A stretch of DNA of 64,000 nt from Candidatus Kaiserbacteria bacterium (GTDB taxonomy: Bacteria; Patescibacteriota; Minisyncoccia; Phycocordibacterales; JABMNX01). The notes beneath the pieces were generated by a model. It had not been told where the DNA came from, did no database searches, and worked only from the letters and a program-made list of their open reading frames with translations. The stretch covers positions 1,046 through 65,045 of the forward strand of contig JABMNX010000040.1 of assembly GCA_013204405.1 (NCBI GenBank), read 5' to 3'. The translations under genes were made by a program, and so were the position numbers. Of this stretch, positions 38,034-47,772 are shown piece by piece; within the stretch, counting starts at the first letter, position 1, and every line of letters starts with the position of its first letter.

Positions 38034-38615
38034 ATGATCCATACTCCACAAATAGAAAAAGCAATTCATAAAGCTTCTCTCTTGCACAGGAAACAGGTGC
38101 GGAAAGGTGAGGACGAACTACCGTACATTACTCACTTGTTTTCAGTATTTGTTATTTTGACGAAATATACCAAAGATGAAGACGTCCTAATTTCAGGGCT
38201 TTTGCATGACACACTTGAAGATACCCCGTACACAGCTGAAGAGCTTGAGCGAGACTTTGGACCTCGAGTTCGGAGTATTGTTGAGGGTGTATCTGAACAA
38301 AAGACCAAAGACGGAATAGTAATTGAGTGGGAAGATAGAAAAAGGGGATATGTACAAGGTCTTGAAACAGGTCCAGAGGAATCTTTATACGTTTCAGCGG
38401 CGGATAAAATCCATAACTTTCAGTCGACACTTGACTCATATAAGGATAATAAAGAAGGGTATAAAAAAGATTTTGTATCAAAAGACAGAGTCTTATTTTA
38501 TGGCTCGGTCGTCGAGGTAATAGCGAGGCGCCTGGGGGATAATCATCCACTTTCTGTGCGGTTACAAGAAATGTTTAATAGCTATAAAGATTTTTTGAAA
38601 AGTGTGTATAATTAA
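38034..38615 (+). CDS. Stand-alone HD-domain (p)ppGpp hydrolase-like protein (SAH/Mesh1)
   Basis: HRKQVRKG..LPYITHL, LLHDTLEDT and ADKIHN. Confidence 0.85.
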   Translation: MIHTPQIEKAIHKASLLHRKQVRKGEDELPYITHLFSVFVILTKYTKDEDVLISGLLHDTLEDTPYTAEELERDFGPRVRSIVEGVSEQKTKDGIVIEWEDRKRGYVQGLETGPEESLYVSAADKIHNFQSTLDSYKDNKEGYKKDFVSKDRVLFYGSVVEVIARRLGDNHPLSVRLQEMFNSYKDFLKSVYN

Positions 38616-38621
38616 AAAATC

Positions 38622-39044
38622 ATGTGGTTATTTTATGCATTTCTTTCAGCAATAATGGCGGCGTTAGTCGCAATTTTTGCTAAGCTTGGATTGAAGGAAC
38701 TAGACTCAACACTTGCAACTACTATTCGTGCAATTATCATGGCTTTGTTTTTGGTTCTTGTAAGTTTTTTCTTGAACAAATTTGATGGATTTTCTGTTAC
38801 TAATTTAAGTTCAAAGGAATGGCTTTTGATATCACTTGCTGGTATTGCAGGTGCGCTATCATGGCTTTTTTATTTCTTTGCCCTTAAAACAGGTTTTGCT
38901 ACTGAAGTTGTAGCAATTGATAGGCTCTCAATTGTCTTTGTTGTTATACTTGCCGCACTTTTTCTTGGCGAAGGGTTTGGATGGAAAGTAATCCTTGGGG
39001 CGCTTTTCATGACAGCAGGTGCAATTTTAATAACACTTAAATAG
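38622..39044 (+). CDS. EamA/DMT family transporter (single repeat)
   Basis: 5 TM helices; AIFAKLG and SWLFYFFALK...IDRLS. Confidence 0.85.
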   Translation: MWLFYAFLSAIMAALVAIFAKLGLKELDSTLATTIRAIIMALFLVLVSFFLNKFDGFSVTNLSSKEWLLISLAGIAGALSWLFYFFALKTGFATEVVAIDRLSIVFVVILAALFLGEGFGWKVILGALFMTAGAILITLK

Positions 39045-39046
39045 AG

Positions 39047-40996
39047 TTACCAAATTTTCACTCGGTCTTTAGGTTTCCTATATAATTTATCTCCTTTAGT
39101 TAGTTTAAATGCTTCATAAAACTCAGGTAAATTTGACATTGGACCATTCACTCGAAATATTGGTCGTGAATGAGAATCTACAAGAGCCAATGTTCGAATA
39201 ACCTCTGGACGTTCGTGCCCACATTCGAAAATTGTTACACCTAAAAAGAATCGCTGTTCCGGTGTAAAATCCTGTATTATTTTCCCTGTAGTGTGTTTAA
39301 GATGTTCTTTGTATGCATCATAAGCAATACTAATACCACCAAGATCCGCAATGTTTTCTCCAAGAGTCATCTTTCCATCCATTTTTACGTTACCTATTTT
39401 AAATTGGTTAAACTGGGCAACGAGAGGTTTTGTTTTTTCTTCAAAACGCTTCTTGTCTCCCTTTGTCCACCAGTTATGAAAGTTTCCATTGTGGTCAAAT
39501 TTTGCTCCTGAATCATCAAATCCATGCGTGATTTCATGTCCAATAATAGCTCCGATAGAACCATAGTTAATTGCATCATCAGCATTCGGATCAAAGAATG
39601 GTGGTTGTAGGATTCCAGCAGGGAAGACTATTTCATTCATATTTGGATCATAAAATGCATTAACAGTTTGAGGTGTTGTGAACCACTCTTTTTTATCTAC
39701 TTTTTTGTCCAGTTTTTTGAACGCTTTATTTTTTTCAAATCCTATAGACCGAATAACATTCTCAACATACGTACCAGGTTTAATTGTGAGTCCACTGTAA
39801 GATTTCCACTTGTCAGGGTAACCAAGTTTTCGTGTCATATGTTTGAGTTTTAAAAGAGCTTTTTTCTTTGTAGATGCTGTCATCCACTCATTACTTTGTA
39901 TCCTCTTTTTGTACGCAACAAACAAGTGGTCAACTAGCTCATTTACTTTTTCTTTCGCTTCTGGTGGAAAATAGGTTTTCACGTACTCTTTACCAATAGC
40001 TTCTCCAATATTATTTTCTAGAACACCAATAACCCTCTTCCACTCAGGTTCAGACTGTTTTTGTCCAGTAAGTGTTTTTCCATAGAATTCAAATCGAATA
40101 TTTATAAAATCTTTCGAAAGTAATGAGCCAAAACCGTCAATTATCTGCCACCGTAGATACATTTTCCATATTGAAATAGGTACCGACTCAATCATCTGTG
40201 AAGCTTCTTTTAGATATTCTGGTTGCGTTACAACCACCTCTGTTGCTTTCTTAAGTCCAACCTCATCTAAAAATGCCCTCCAATCAACAGAAGGAGCAAT
40301 TTTTTGTAATTGAGGGAGTGTCTTTTTATTGTAGAGTTTTTCAATGTCCCGAGAATCAACTTTATCCATAGAGGCTTTAGCTAGTCTTTTTTCAAACGCA
40401 AAAATTGAATCTGCATTCCTAGAGGCTTCTTTTTTAGGAATATTTACAAGGACTAAAGTTTCCAAAATATATTTCTTAAAAGCTTTCTGTATACGTATGG
40501 ATTCGTTATCTTTTTTAAGGTAAAAGTCTCTATCAGGCAACGTTAGTCCATTCTGGTATAGAAATGTGTTATGAACCTCCCCATTTTTGTCATCTTGAGC
40601 AACTGTTGTTCCCCATAGAAGTGAAAACCCTTTTGCATGTTCTTGTGTGATAAATTTAACTATTTCTTCTGGGGAGGTAATCCTCTCTATGCAATCAAGT
40701 AGATGTTGTATAGGAAGAATTCCAAGTTTGTTTCTAACATTCATGTTTAAACCAGAGCGGTAGAAATCCCTTGTTAACTGTTCTTCAGATCCATTTTTTA
40801 TATTTTTTTTCTTTGAGTTTTTCTCAATAACCTTTTTTATCTTTTTTAATCCATCTTCACGAAGTATGAAGAAGGTACCCCATTTTGATTTTGTTGGGGG
40901 AATTGGATTGTTTTTAATCCACACCCCGCAAGAGAACTTAAAAAAATCATCCTGTGGGCGAACTGTAGTATCAATGTTTTTAAAGTATGACTTCAT
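39047..40996 (-). CDS. pepO: M13 family metalloendopeptidase (PepO-like)
   Basis: PQDDFF, VNAFY, FPAGILQPPFF, HEITH and GENIADLGG. Confidence 0.93.
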   Translation of the reverse strand: MKSYFKNIDTTVRPQDDFFKFSCGVWIKNNPIPPTKSKWGTFFILREDGLKKIKKVIEKNSKKKNIKNGSEEQLTRDFYRSGLNMNVRNKLGILPIQHLLDCIERITSPEEIVKFITQEHAKGFSLLWGTTVAQDDKNGEVHNTFLYQNGLTLPDRDFYLKKDNESIRIQKAFKKYILETLVLVNIPKKEASRNADSIFAFEKRLAKASMDKVDSRDIEKLYNKKTLPQLQKIAPSVDWRAFLDEVGLKKATEVVVTQPEYLKEASQMIESVPISIWKMYLRWQIIDGFGSLLSKDFINIRFEFYGKTLTGQKQSEPEWKRVIGVLENNIGEAIGKEYVKTYFPPEAKEKVNELVDHLFVAYKKRIQSNEWMTASTKKKALLKLKHMTRKLGYPDKWKSYSGLTIKPGTYVENVIRSIGFEKNKAFKKLDKKVDKKEWFTTPQTVNAFYDPNMNEIVFPAGILQPPFFDPNADDAINYGSIGAIIGHEITHGFDDSGAKFDHNGNFHNWWTKGDKKRFEEKTKPLVAQFNQFKIGNVKMDGKMTLGENIADLGGISIAYDAYKEHLKHTTGKIIQDFTPEQRFFLGVTIFECGHERPEVIRTLALVDSHSRPIFRVNGPMSNLPEFYEAFKLTKGDKLYRKPKDRVKIW

Positions 40997-41061
40997 AGTA
41001 ATTTATTACCAGAGATAATAGCATGTTTTCATAAAAAAGAAGTGATATACTAATACGTATT

Positions 41062-41277
41062 ATGGATTTACTTTTTTGGGGAATGACAATTAGTGTAGTT
41101 GGTAAAGTACTTCTTGGAGTCACTGTGATTAGAGTGCATTCTAAGATAGTACACGAACACAAGGTTGATGGGGCAGTGCTTAAAGAGATGCGGAAAGAGA
41201 AGATTCTTGCAATTCTTGGGGTATTCTTTATGGTAGTAGGATATATTCTCGAAGCGATGTTCTATGGATACTTCTGA
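41062..41277 (+). CDS. Small 2-TM hypothetical protein
   Basis: Two hydrophobic helices; overlaps the alaS start. Confidence 0.55.
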   Translation: MDLLFWGMTISVVGKVLLGVTVIRVHSKIVHEHKVDGAVLKEMRKEKILAILGVFFMVVGYILEAMFYGYF

Positions 41278-43126
41278 AATTAGAAAGAAATACTTTACAT
41301 TTTTTGAAAAAAAAGGGCATACGGTAATTCCTTCAGCTTCTCTGCGCCCAGAGAATGACCCCACTACTCTATTTGTTGGATCAGGTATGCAACCACTACT
41401 GCCATATCTACTCGGTGAAAAACATCCCAGGGGTGTTCGGTTGGTAAACTCACAAAAAAGTTTTCGAGCTGAAGATATAGAAGAAGTAGGAGACAATCGT
41501 CACACAACATTTTTTGAAATGCTCGGAAACTGGTCTTTAGGCGATTACTTTAAAAAGGAACAGCTTCCATGGGCTTTTGAGTTTTTAACTGAAGAAATAG
41601 GACTTAACCCAGAAAAACTTTACGTTACTGTCTTTATAGGTGATGAGACTCTTGGTATTCCAAAAGACACGGAGTCAGTTCAAATCTGGAAAGGACTTTT
41701 TAAAGAAAAAGGGATAGAGGCTATTGATATAGAGATAGGTTCTGAAGAGGATGGATATGCAAAAGGAATGCAACAAGGAGACAAAGAGGGAAGAATTTTT
41801 TATTATGACGCAAAGAAAAATTGGTGGAGCCGTTCTGGCACTCCAGACAAGATGCCTGTGGGTGAGCCAGGAGGTCCTGACTCAGAAATGTTTTATGACT
41901 TTGGAACAGAGCACAATACAAGTTTTGGTGAACACTGCCATCCTAATTGCGACTGCGGTCGTTTTATGGAAATCGGAAACTCTGTGTTTATGGAGTACAT
42001 CAAAAAAGAAGATGGAAGTTTTGTACAATTGCCACAGAAGAATGTTGACTTTGGTGGAGGACTAGAGAGAATTGCCGCAGCAACAAATGGTAATTCGGAC
42101 ATATTTTTAATAGACACGCTACAAGTAATTATAGAATATATCGAGAAGACCTCTGGGAAAAAATATGATGATACTCGATATACACACGCTTTCCGTGTTA
42201 TCGCTGACCACATCCGAGCCGCTATTTTTATTATTGCTGACGGAGTGGTGCCTTCAAATTCTGAACAAGGGTATTTTGTACGACGGTTGATTCGTCGAGC
42301 AGTTCGGTATGCTGATTTACTTGGGGTACCAGATGGTGTTCTCGCTGCTTCGGTAACTGCAGTGAGTGGCACATACAAAGACCAATATGAAATTCTTCTA
42401 GAGAAGGGCGGTGAGATTGCTGGAATAATTGCAGCTGAAGAAGAGAAGTTTCGAAAAACACTAACGAGAGGACTCAAAGAGTTTGAAAAACTAAGCAATA
42501 ATAATATATCAGGAAACGATGCTTTTATACTTTTTACTACGTACGGATTCCCATATGAACTAACTGAAGAGCTTGCAGAGGAAAAAGGAATATCAGTAGA
42601 TAGGAAAGGTTTTGATGTAGAGATGAAAAAACACCAAGAACTTTCCCGTAGTGGTTCAGAACAAAAGTTTAAAGGTGGATTAGTTGACCATGGGGAAATG
42701 AGTATTAAATACCATACCGCGACACATCTTCTTAACCAAGCACTTCGCAATGTTCTTGGAAATTCTGTACAGCAGAAAGGAAGTAATATCACACCGGAGC
42801 GTATGCGTTTTGATTTTTCATTTGACCGTAAGATGACTGACGAGGAAAAAAAGAAAGTTGAGGATATTGTAAATGAACACATAAAAGCGGCTATTGTAGT
42901 GACAAATCAGGAACTACCACTTGAAGAAGCAAAAAAACTTGGCGCCATAGGCTTGTTTGAAGAAAAGTACGGAGATGTTGTAAAAGTATATACAATAGGG
43001 GATTTTAGCCTTGAGTTTTGTGGAGGTCCTCACGTGACAAACACAAGCCAACTTGGACACTTTAAAATAGTAAAAGAAGAATCAATCTCAGCAGGAGTGC
43101 GTCGTATTCGTGCGGTTCTAGAATAA
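41264..43126 (+). CDS. alaS: Alanyl-tRNA synthetase (short form lacking C-Ala)
   Basis: DPTTLFVGSGMQP, HTTFFEMLGNWS, GGGLER; editing motifs HTATHLL and CGGPH; ends at GVRRIRAVLE. Confidence 0.96.
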   Translation: MDTSEIRKKYFTFFEKKGHTVIPSASLRPENDPTTLFVGSGMQPLLPYLLGEKHPRGVRLVNSQKSFRAEDIEEVGDNRHTTFFEMLGNWSLGDYFKKEQLPWAFEFLTEEIGLNPEKLYVTVFIGDETLGIPKDTESVQIWKGLFKEKGIEAIDIEIGSEEDGYAKGMQQGDKEGRIFYYDAKKNWWSRSGTPDKMPVGEPGGPDSEMFYDFGTEHNTSFGEHCHPNCDCGRFMEIGNSVFMEYIKKEDGSFVQLPQKNVDFGGGLERIAAATNGNSDIFLIDTLQVIIEYIEKTSGKKYDDTRYTHAFRVIADHIRAAIFIIADGVVPSNSEQGYFVRRLIRRAVRYADLLGVPDGVLAASVTAVSGTYKDQYEILLEKGGEIAGIIAAEEEKFRKTLTRGLKEFEKLSNNNISGNDAFILFTTYGFPYELTEELAEEKGISVDRKGFDVEMKKHQELSRSGSEQKFKGGLVDHGEMSIKYHTATHLLNQALRNVLGNSVQQKGSNITPERMRFDFSFDRKMTDEEKKKVEDIVNEHIKAAIVVTNQELPLEEAKKLGAIGLFEEKYGDVVKVYTIGDFSLEFCGGPHVTNTSQLGHFKIVKEESISAGVRRIRAVLE

Positions 43127-43183
43127 GCGTCTTAGTTGTTATTCCGTTGCTCTTCCTTGCTAGGCGACTTATACTATTTAGTA

Positions 43184-44383
43184 ATGAAGCTTTCTCAGAT
43201 ATCAGAAACAGTAAAAAATCTTTTAAAGCGAATACGTGGAGTTCAACCTGTTGTTATTTTTGATATTGGAAGTTCTAGTATTGGTGGCGCGGTGGTATTT
43301 TTTGGTAAAGAAGTTCCTGAGATTACATACAGCACAAGAGTTCAATTACCATTTCAAGAAATAGCCGACAAAAAACATTTATTACCTCAAATCGAAGAGG
43401 TTCTTTCTCAGGTTGCTGAAGATGTACAAAAGAACGGATTACAAGCGGTTAAAGGGAAGTCGGTTGTTCCTCAAGAGATAGTCTGCATTCTCTCTTCTTT
43501 GTGGAGTAATACTCGTACAACTAATGCCACATTTGAAAATAAAGAAAAATTTATAGTGACTGATGAGATTATGGATAATCTTTTAATTCAAATTCATGAA
43601 AATAATAAAGGAGAGAAAGAAGAAGGGGTTGTCACCATAGAAGAAATTATCGTTAATTCTTTCTTAAACGGATACCCGACTCAATTACCTTTAGGGAAAG
43701 AAGCACAGCACATTAGTGTTTCATTTCTTGAGAGTACGGTGACGAAAGAATTGAATACTAAAATACATGATGTGGTATATAAAATTTTTAGCCCAGATAT
43801 TCCTCTTCTATTACGTTCATTTACGTTAGTAGCATTCTCTGTTACGCGAGATATGTTTGAACATATACGGGATTTTGTCCTTGTGGACGTTACTGGTGAG
43901 ATTACAGAGATTGCAGTAGTACGTAATTCTACATTAGATGAGACGTTCTCATTTCCATACGGGAAAAATACCATTGTCAGAGATATTGCTAAAAAAACAG
44001 GCAGCGTCCCTGAGGATGTCCTCACTCGCCTTAAGATTGAGATTTCTAAAACCAAGTCTGATATAAAAGGAGAAGTATCTGAAGAAGAAAAGAAGTGGAC
44101 AGAATTGTTCGGTAAAGCATGTGAAGAACTTTCTTCGGAGACGAGTCCATTACCACCGCATGTTTTTCTTATTGTAGATACTCCCTATGAAAAGTGGTTT
44201 CACTCAATGATAGAAAGGGTTGATTTTAGTCAGTTTACCGCAACACGCGATGCTTTCAATGTTAATCCTCTTCTTGAAAAGCAGGTTGAGGGTATGTGCA
44301 TATTACACAAAGGAATTACATACGATAATTTTCTTGTTATAGAATCTATTTTTTATAATAGGGAATATCTTCCTCGCACGTAA
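43184..44383 (+). CDS. FtsA/PilM-like actin-fold protein (divergent)
   Basis: IFDIGSSSIGG (phosphate 1) and LVDVTGEITEI (phosphate 2). Confidence 0.65.
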   Translation: MKLSQISETVKNLLKRIRGVQPVVIFDIGSSSIGGAVVFFGKEVPEITYSTRVQLPFQEIADKKHLLPQIEEVLSQVAEDVQKNGLQAVKGKSVVPQEIVCILSSLWSNTRTTNATFENKEKFIVTDEIMDNLLIQIHENNKGEKEEGVVTIEEIIVNSFLNGYPTQLPLGKEAQHISVSFLESTVTKELNTKIHDVVYKIFSPDIPLLLRSFTLVAFSVTRDMFEHIRDFVLVDVTGEITEIAVVRNSTLDETFSFPYGKNTIVRDIAKKTGSVPEDVLTRLKIEISKTKSDIKGEVSEEEKKWTELFGKACEELSSETSPLPPHVFLIVDTPYEKWFHSMIERVDFSQFTATRDAFNVNPLLEKQVEGMCILHKGITYDNFLVIESIFYNREYLPRT

Positions 44384-44412
44384 TACCATTTATGGTATAG
44401 TATTAAGTAATT

Positions 44413-45705
44413 ATGAAGAGAAGCATTGATGACATAATTCTTCCTGAAGATCGGGACCGTAGGTCAATCCGCAAGGTTAGTGTTGATCGTTCTCCTCGCC
44501 GAAAAAGACCAGAGTTAGTCCAAGAAGTTGAACAAGACTTACCACCACGACCACCGCGTTCTCGTAGAGCGTCATCACGTCTTGGGCTTTGGATAATATC
44601 CATAGTCTCTTTATTGGTTCTTGTGTTTGGTTTCTCATTTCTTTTTTCGGGGGCAAAACTTGTTGTAACCCCTAAACAACGAACAGTGTTAGTCGATGCA
44701 GAATTTAAAGCATTTAAAAATCCAAAAGTTAATGAGCTCGGATATGAAATAATAACAATTGAGAGAGAAGGTACTCAAGATGTGACAGCTAGTGGTGAGG
44801 AGTTTGTTAAGGAAAAATCCTCAGGGACAATAGTTGTGTATAACAACTACAGTACCGCTAATCAACGTTTGATTAAGAATACTCGATTTGAAACTCCTGA
44901 AGGGCTTATTTATCGAATTAATGAATCAATTACAGTTCCTGGTAAACAAAAAGAGAATGGGGTTACTGTTCCAGGGAGTATAGAAGTGACTGTGTATGCA
45001 GACGAAGTAGGGGAAGCATACAATATTGGGCTTACTGACTTCACTATTCCTGGGTTTGAAGGGGACCCGCGATATGATGATTTTTACGCACGTTCTAAAA
45101 CTAACATGTTTGGAGGTTTTGAAGGACAAAAGAAGGTAGTAAGCGAAGCCGATGAAACCAAGGCTCGTGACGAGATTAAAGAGAAACTAAAAACCCAACT
45201 ACTTAAAGATGTTTTTTCTCAAAAACCGGAAGGATTTGAGATATATGAAGATGGGGTATTTATCACATTTGCATCACTACCTGACGGCGAGAATGGTGAC
45301 CGTGTAGCAGTGAAGGAAAAAGCTGTGTTGTATGGGGTACTTTTTGAACGAACTAAGTTTGCCCAGTTTGTAGCCCAAAATACTATTGCAGGTTTTGAGG
45401 GTGGTGAAGTAGAGATTCTTGACCCGAACACTCTTACTTTTAGTGTACTTGGAAAAGACCAAACAGAACCGTGGATTAATGAAGAGTTCTTATTTAAACT
45501 TGGGGGAAATGCTCATATTGTATGGGATTTTGAGTCAGATCAGCTTAAAAATGACCTCTCAGGTAAGTCAAAAGATGCTCTTCAGACGGTTCTTACTGGA
45601 TATCCAAGCATAGATGAGGCACAGATAGTCCTCAGGCCTTTTTGGAGACAAACATTCCCTGATAATATTAAGGATATAAAGATTACTACGATAATAGAGA
45701 AATAG
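44413..45705 (+). CDS. Membrane-anchored protein with a baseplate-J-like domain
   Basis: Single TM helix; GTIVVYN...LIKNTRF, VTVYADEVGEAYNIG...FTIPG and MFGGF. Confidence 0.6.
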   Translation: MKRSIDDIILPEDRDRRSIRKVSVDRSPRRKRPELVQEVEQDLPPRPPRSRRASSRLGLWIISIVSLLVLVFGFSFLFSGAKLVVTPKQRTVLVDAEFKAFKNPKVNELGYEIITIEREGTQDVTASGEEFVKEKSSGTIVVYNNYSTANQRLIKNTRFETPEGLIYRINESITVPGKQKENGVTVPGSIEVTVYADEVGEAYNIGLTDFTIPGFEGDPRYDDFYARSKTNMFGGFEGQKKVVSEADETKARDEIKEKLKTQLLKDVFSQKPEGFEIYEDGVFITFASLPDGENGDRVAVKEKAVLYGVLFERTKFAQFVAQNTIAGFEGGEVEILDPNTLTFSVLGKDQTEPWINEEFLFKLGGNAHIVWDFESDQLKNDLSGKSKDALQTVLTGYPSIDEAQIVLRPFWRQTFPDNIKDIKITTIIEK

Positions 45706-45771
45706 CAGATTATATACACCAAAAACCTTGACGTGTAAGGCTAGTTTCTGGTAGTATATGTCCACTCTGTA

Positions 45772-45993
45772 ATGTCACAAGTGAACGGAAAACCAGAAGC
45801 AGTTATGGGGATAGTGGATGAGGCTTTGCCTAATACATTATTCCGAGTAACCCTTGAAGAAGGGGGTGAGCAGATTCTCACGTACCTTTCAGGGAAAATG
45901 CGGATGTACCGGATTAAAGTTCTAGTTGGCGACAAGGTGGCTGTTGAGTTAGAGCCTTATGGAGGAAAAGGAAGGATTATAAAGCGCTTATAA
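45772..45993 (+). CDS. infA: Translation initiation factor IF-1
   Basis: [10 protein letters not shown]...[17 protein letters not shown]. Confidence 0.95.
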   Translation: MSQVNGKPEAVMGIVDEALPNTLFRVTLEEGGEQILTYLSGKMRMYRIKVLVGDKVAVELEPYGGKGRIIKRL

Positions 45994-46147
45994 TTTCAAA
46001 CGAGGAGTATTGGAGAATTTTATTTTCATACAATGTCCGAGTGTAGGAATTATATAGCGAACCACACAATACGCGCTATATAGTTGGATACGATTGAGTT
46101 CCGTCTATACCACCCACACAAGGAAAGCGCAATTTTTTGTTGTCACA

Positions 46148-46270
46148 ATGAAAATAAAATCTTCAGTAAAAAAAATATGTGCAAAATGCCAGACAGTCCG
46201 CCGAAAGGGGAATCTGTATGTTATTTGTTCAGGTCCTCAAGGAGGGCGTCATAAACAACGACAAGGATAA
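46148..46270 (+). CDS. rpmJ: 50S ribosomal protein L36 (not in the ORF track)
   Basis: [40 protein letters not shown]. Confidence 0.95.
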   Translation: MKIKSSVKKICAKCQTVRRKGNLYVICSGPQGGRHKQRQG

Positions 46271-46286
46271 TTTTTTAATATACGTT

Positions 46287-46667
46287 ATGCGAATTTCAGG
46301 TATCACAATTCCAGATAATAAACGACTCGAAATAGGACTCACCTCTGTGTATGGGGTTGGGCGCCCTCGAGCAGAAGAGATATTGAAAGAGCTTAAAATC
46401 GACGCAGGTAAAAGACCTGGAGATTTAAATACAGAAGAGGAAAATGCTATTCGGGAAAAAATTGAATCATTTCCTATAGAGGGAGAACTTCGTCGTACAG
46501 TTTCAGGAAACATTAAGCGGCTTAAGGACATTCTTGCATACCGAGGTGTTAGGCACAGTAGGAATCTTCCTTCACGAGGACAACGAACTAAGACAAATTC
46601 TCGAACAGTTCGTGGTAATAAGCGAAAGACCATGAGTTCTGGTCGACGTACTGTAGATAAGAAATAA
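46287..46667 (+). CDS. rpsM: 30S ribosomal protein S13
   Basis: MRISGITIP...YRGVRH..NLPSRGQRTKTN; true start at 46287. Confidence 0.96.
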   Translation: MRISGITIPDNKRLEIGLTSVYGVGRPRAEEILKELKIDAGKRPGDLNTEEENAIREKIESFPIEGELRRTVSGNIKRLKDILAYRGVRHSRNLPSRGQRTKTNSRTVRGNKRKTMSSGRRTVDKK

Positions 46668-46669
46668 AT

Positions 46670-47104
46670 ATGGGAAAGAAACGAATTATAAAAAAAGCAG
46701 GTGGGGGAATGGATTCAGGGTTAAAATCTCGTTCTCTTTCTCGTGTCCCTAAAAAGAAAATAGACTCAGGGGTACTACATATCCAAGCCACATTTAATAA
46801 TACAAAGCTTATGCTTTCAGATAAATCAGGAAATGCGTTCATGTGGTCTTCAAGTGGAGCACTTGGATTTAAGGGGGCTAAGAAGGGTACTCCTTTCGCA
46901 GCTGCTAAAGTAGGGGAAGTGCTTGGAGAAAAGGCTCAAATAATGGGCATGAAGGATGTTGACGTTATCATGCGTGGTGTGGGTTCTGGACGAGAATCTT
47001 CACTTCGTGCATTTTCATCAAAAGGGATAGGGGTGTCTAGTATCAAAGATATGACCCCAGTTCCCTTTAACGGGCCACGGGCTAAGAAGCCACGACGAGT
47101 TTAA
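46670..47104 (+). CDS. rpsK: 30S ribosomal protein S11
   Basis: ATFNNT, GFKGAKKGTPFAA and DMTPVPFNG. Confidence 0.96.
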   Translation: MGKKRIIKKAGGGMDSGLKSRSLSRVPKKKIDSGVLHIQATFNNTKLMLSDKSGNAFMWSSSGALGFKGAKKGTPFAAAKVGEVLGEKAQIMGMKDVDVIMRGVGSGRESSLRAFSSKGIGVSSIKDMTPVPFNGPRAKKPRRV

Positions 47105-47125
47105 CAAAAAGATTACACTTTAATT

Positions 47126-47737
47126 ATGATAATAGGACCACGATACAAAATAGGTAAACGACTTGGAGCAAGCGTTTTTGAAAAGTGCCAAACACAGAAG
47201 TTTGTGCTTTCTGAAGCTCGTTCTAAAAAACGACGTACCTCAAGGCGACCTAAACAACTTTCTGATTTTGGAAAACAACTTCTTGAAAAGCAAAAAGTTA
47301 GGTTTATGTACGGTATTACAGAAAAGCAGTTTTCTAAATACGTTAAAATAGGGACATCTGCTCCAGGAGAGTCAAAGAATAAGATTTTTCAAGATCTTGA
47401 GACCCGGTTAGATAATGTCGTGTATCGTCTCGGACTTGTTCCTACCCGAAGATTTGCACGACAAGCAGTATCACACGGACACATTATGGTTAATGGAAAG
47501 CGGGTAACAATTCCATCTTTTAAAGTTGGAATGAAGGACGTGGTAGCTGTTCGACCAAACAGTAAGGAAAAAGGAATATTCATTGGTTTCGAGGAACGTT
47601 TTAAGGATTATTCAGTACCGAAATGGCTTACTTTTGATGCAAAGAAGATGGAAGGGAGCATGTCAGTATATCCAGAACTTTCTGACGCGGATGCATCCAT
47701 TGACCTTGATATGGTCCTTGAATTTTACAGTAGATAA
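47126..47737 (+). CDS. rpsD: 30S ribosomal protein S4
   Basis: QLLEKQK, LETRLDNVVYRLG and ARQAVSHGH. Confidence 0.96.
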   Translation: MIIGPRYKIGKRLGASVFEKCQTQKFVLSEARSKKRRTSRRPKQLSDFGKQLLEKQKVRFMYGITEKQFSKYVKIGTSAPGESKNKIFQDLETRLDNVVYRLGLVPTRRFARQAVSHGHIMVNGKRVTIPSFKVGMKDVVAVRPNSKEKGIFIGFEERFKDYSVPKWLTFDAKKMEGSMSVYPELSDADASIDLDMVLEFYSR

Positions 47738-47772
47738 ATATAAGAATTTATTAATTTATAATAATACGTATT

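Noticed and set aside
41893-42882. Long antisense ORFs (329 aa here, and 34372-35091)
   Set aside because: They are shadows of alaS and the bactofilin-like gene, with no recognisable motifs.
41264-43126. alaS as a truncated pseudogene
   Set aside because: Catalytic and editing motifs are intact and the ORF ends cleanly after the editing domain; short AlaRS forms are expected in reduced genomes.
44413-45705. Prophage or tailocin suggested by the baseplate-J-like domain
   Set aside because: No other structural phage genes are present, the protein is membrane anchored, and the context is core genome.
46179-46286. N-terminal extension of S13 in the ORF track
   Set aside because: It overlaps rpmJ in another frame; the real start is ATG 46287.
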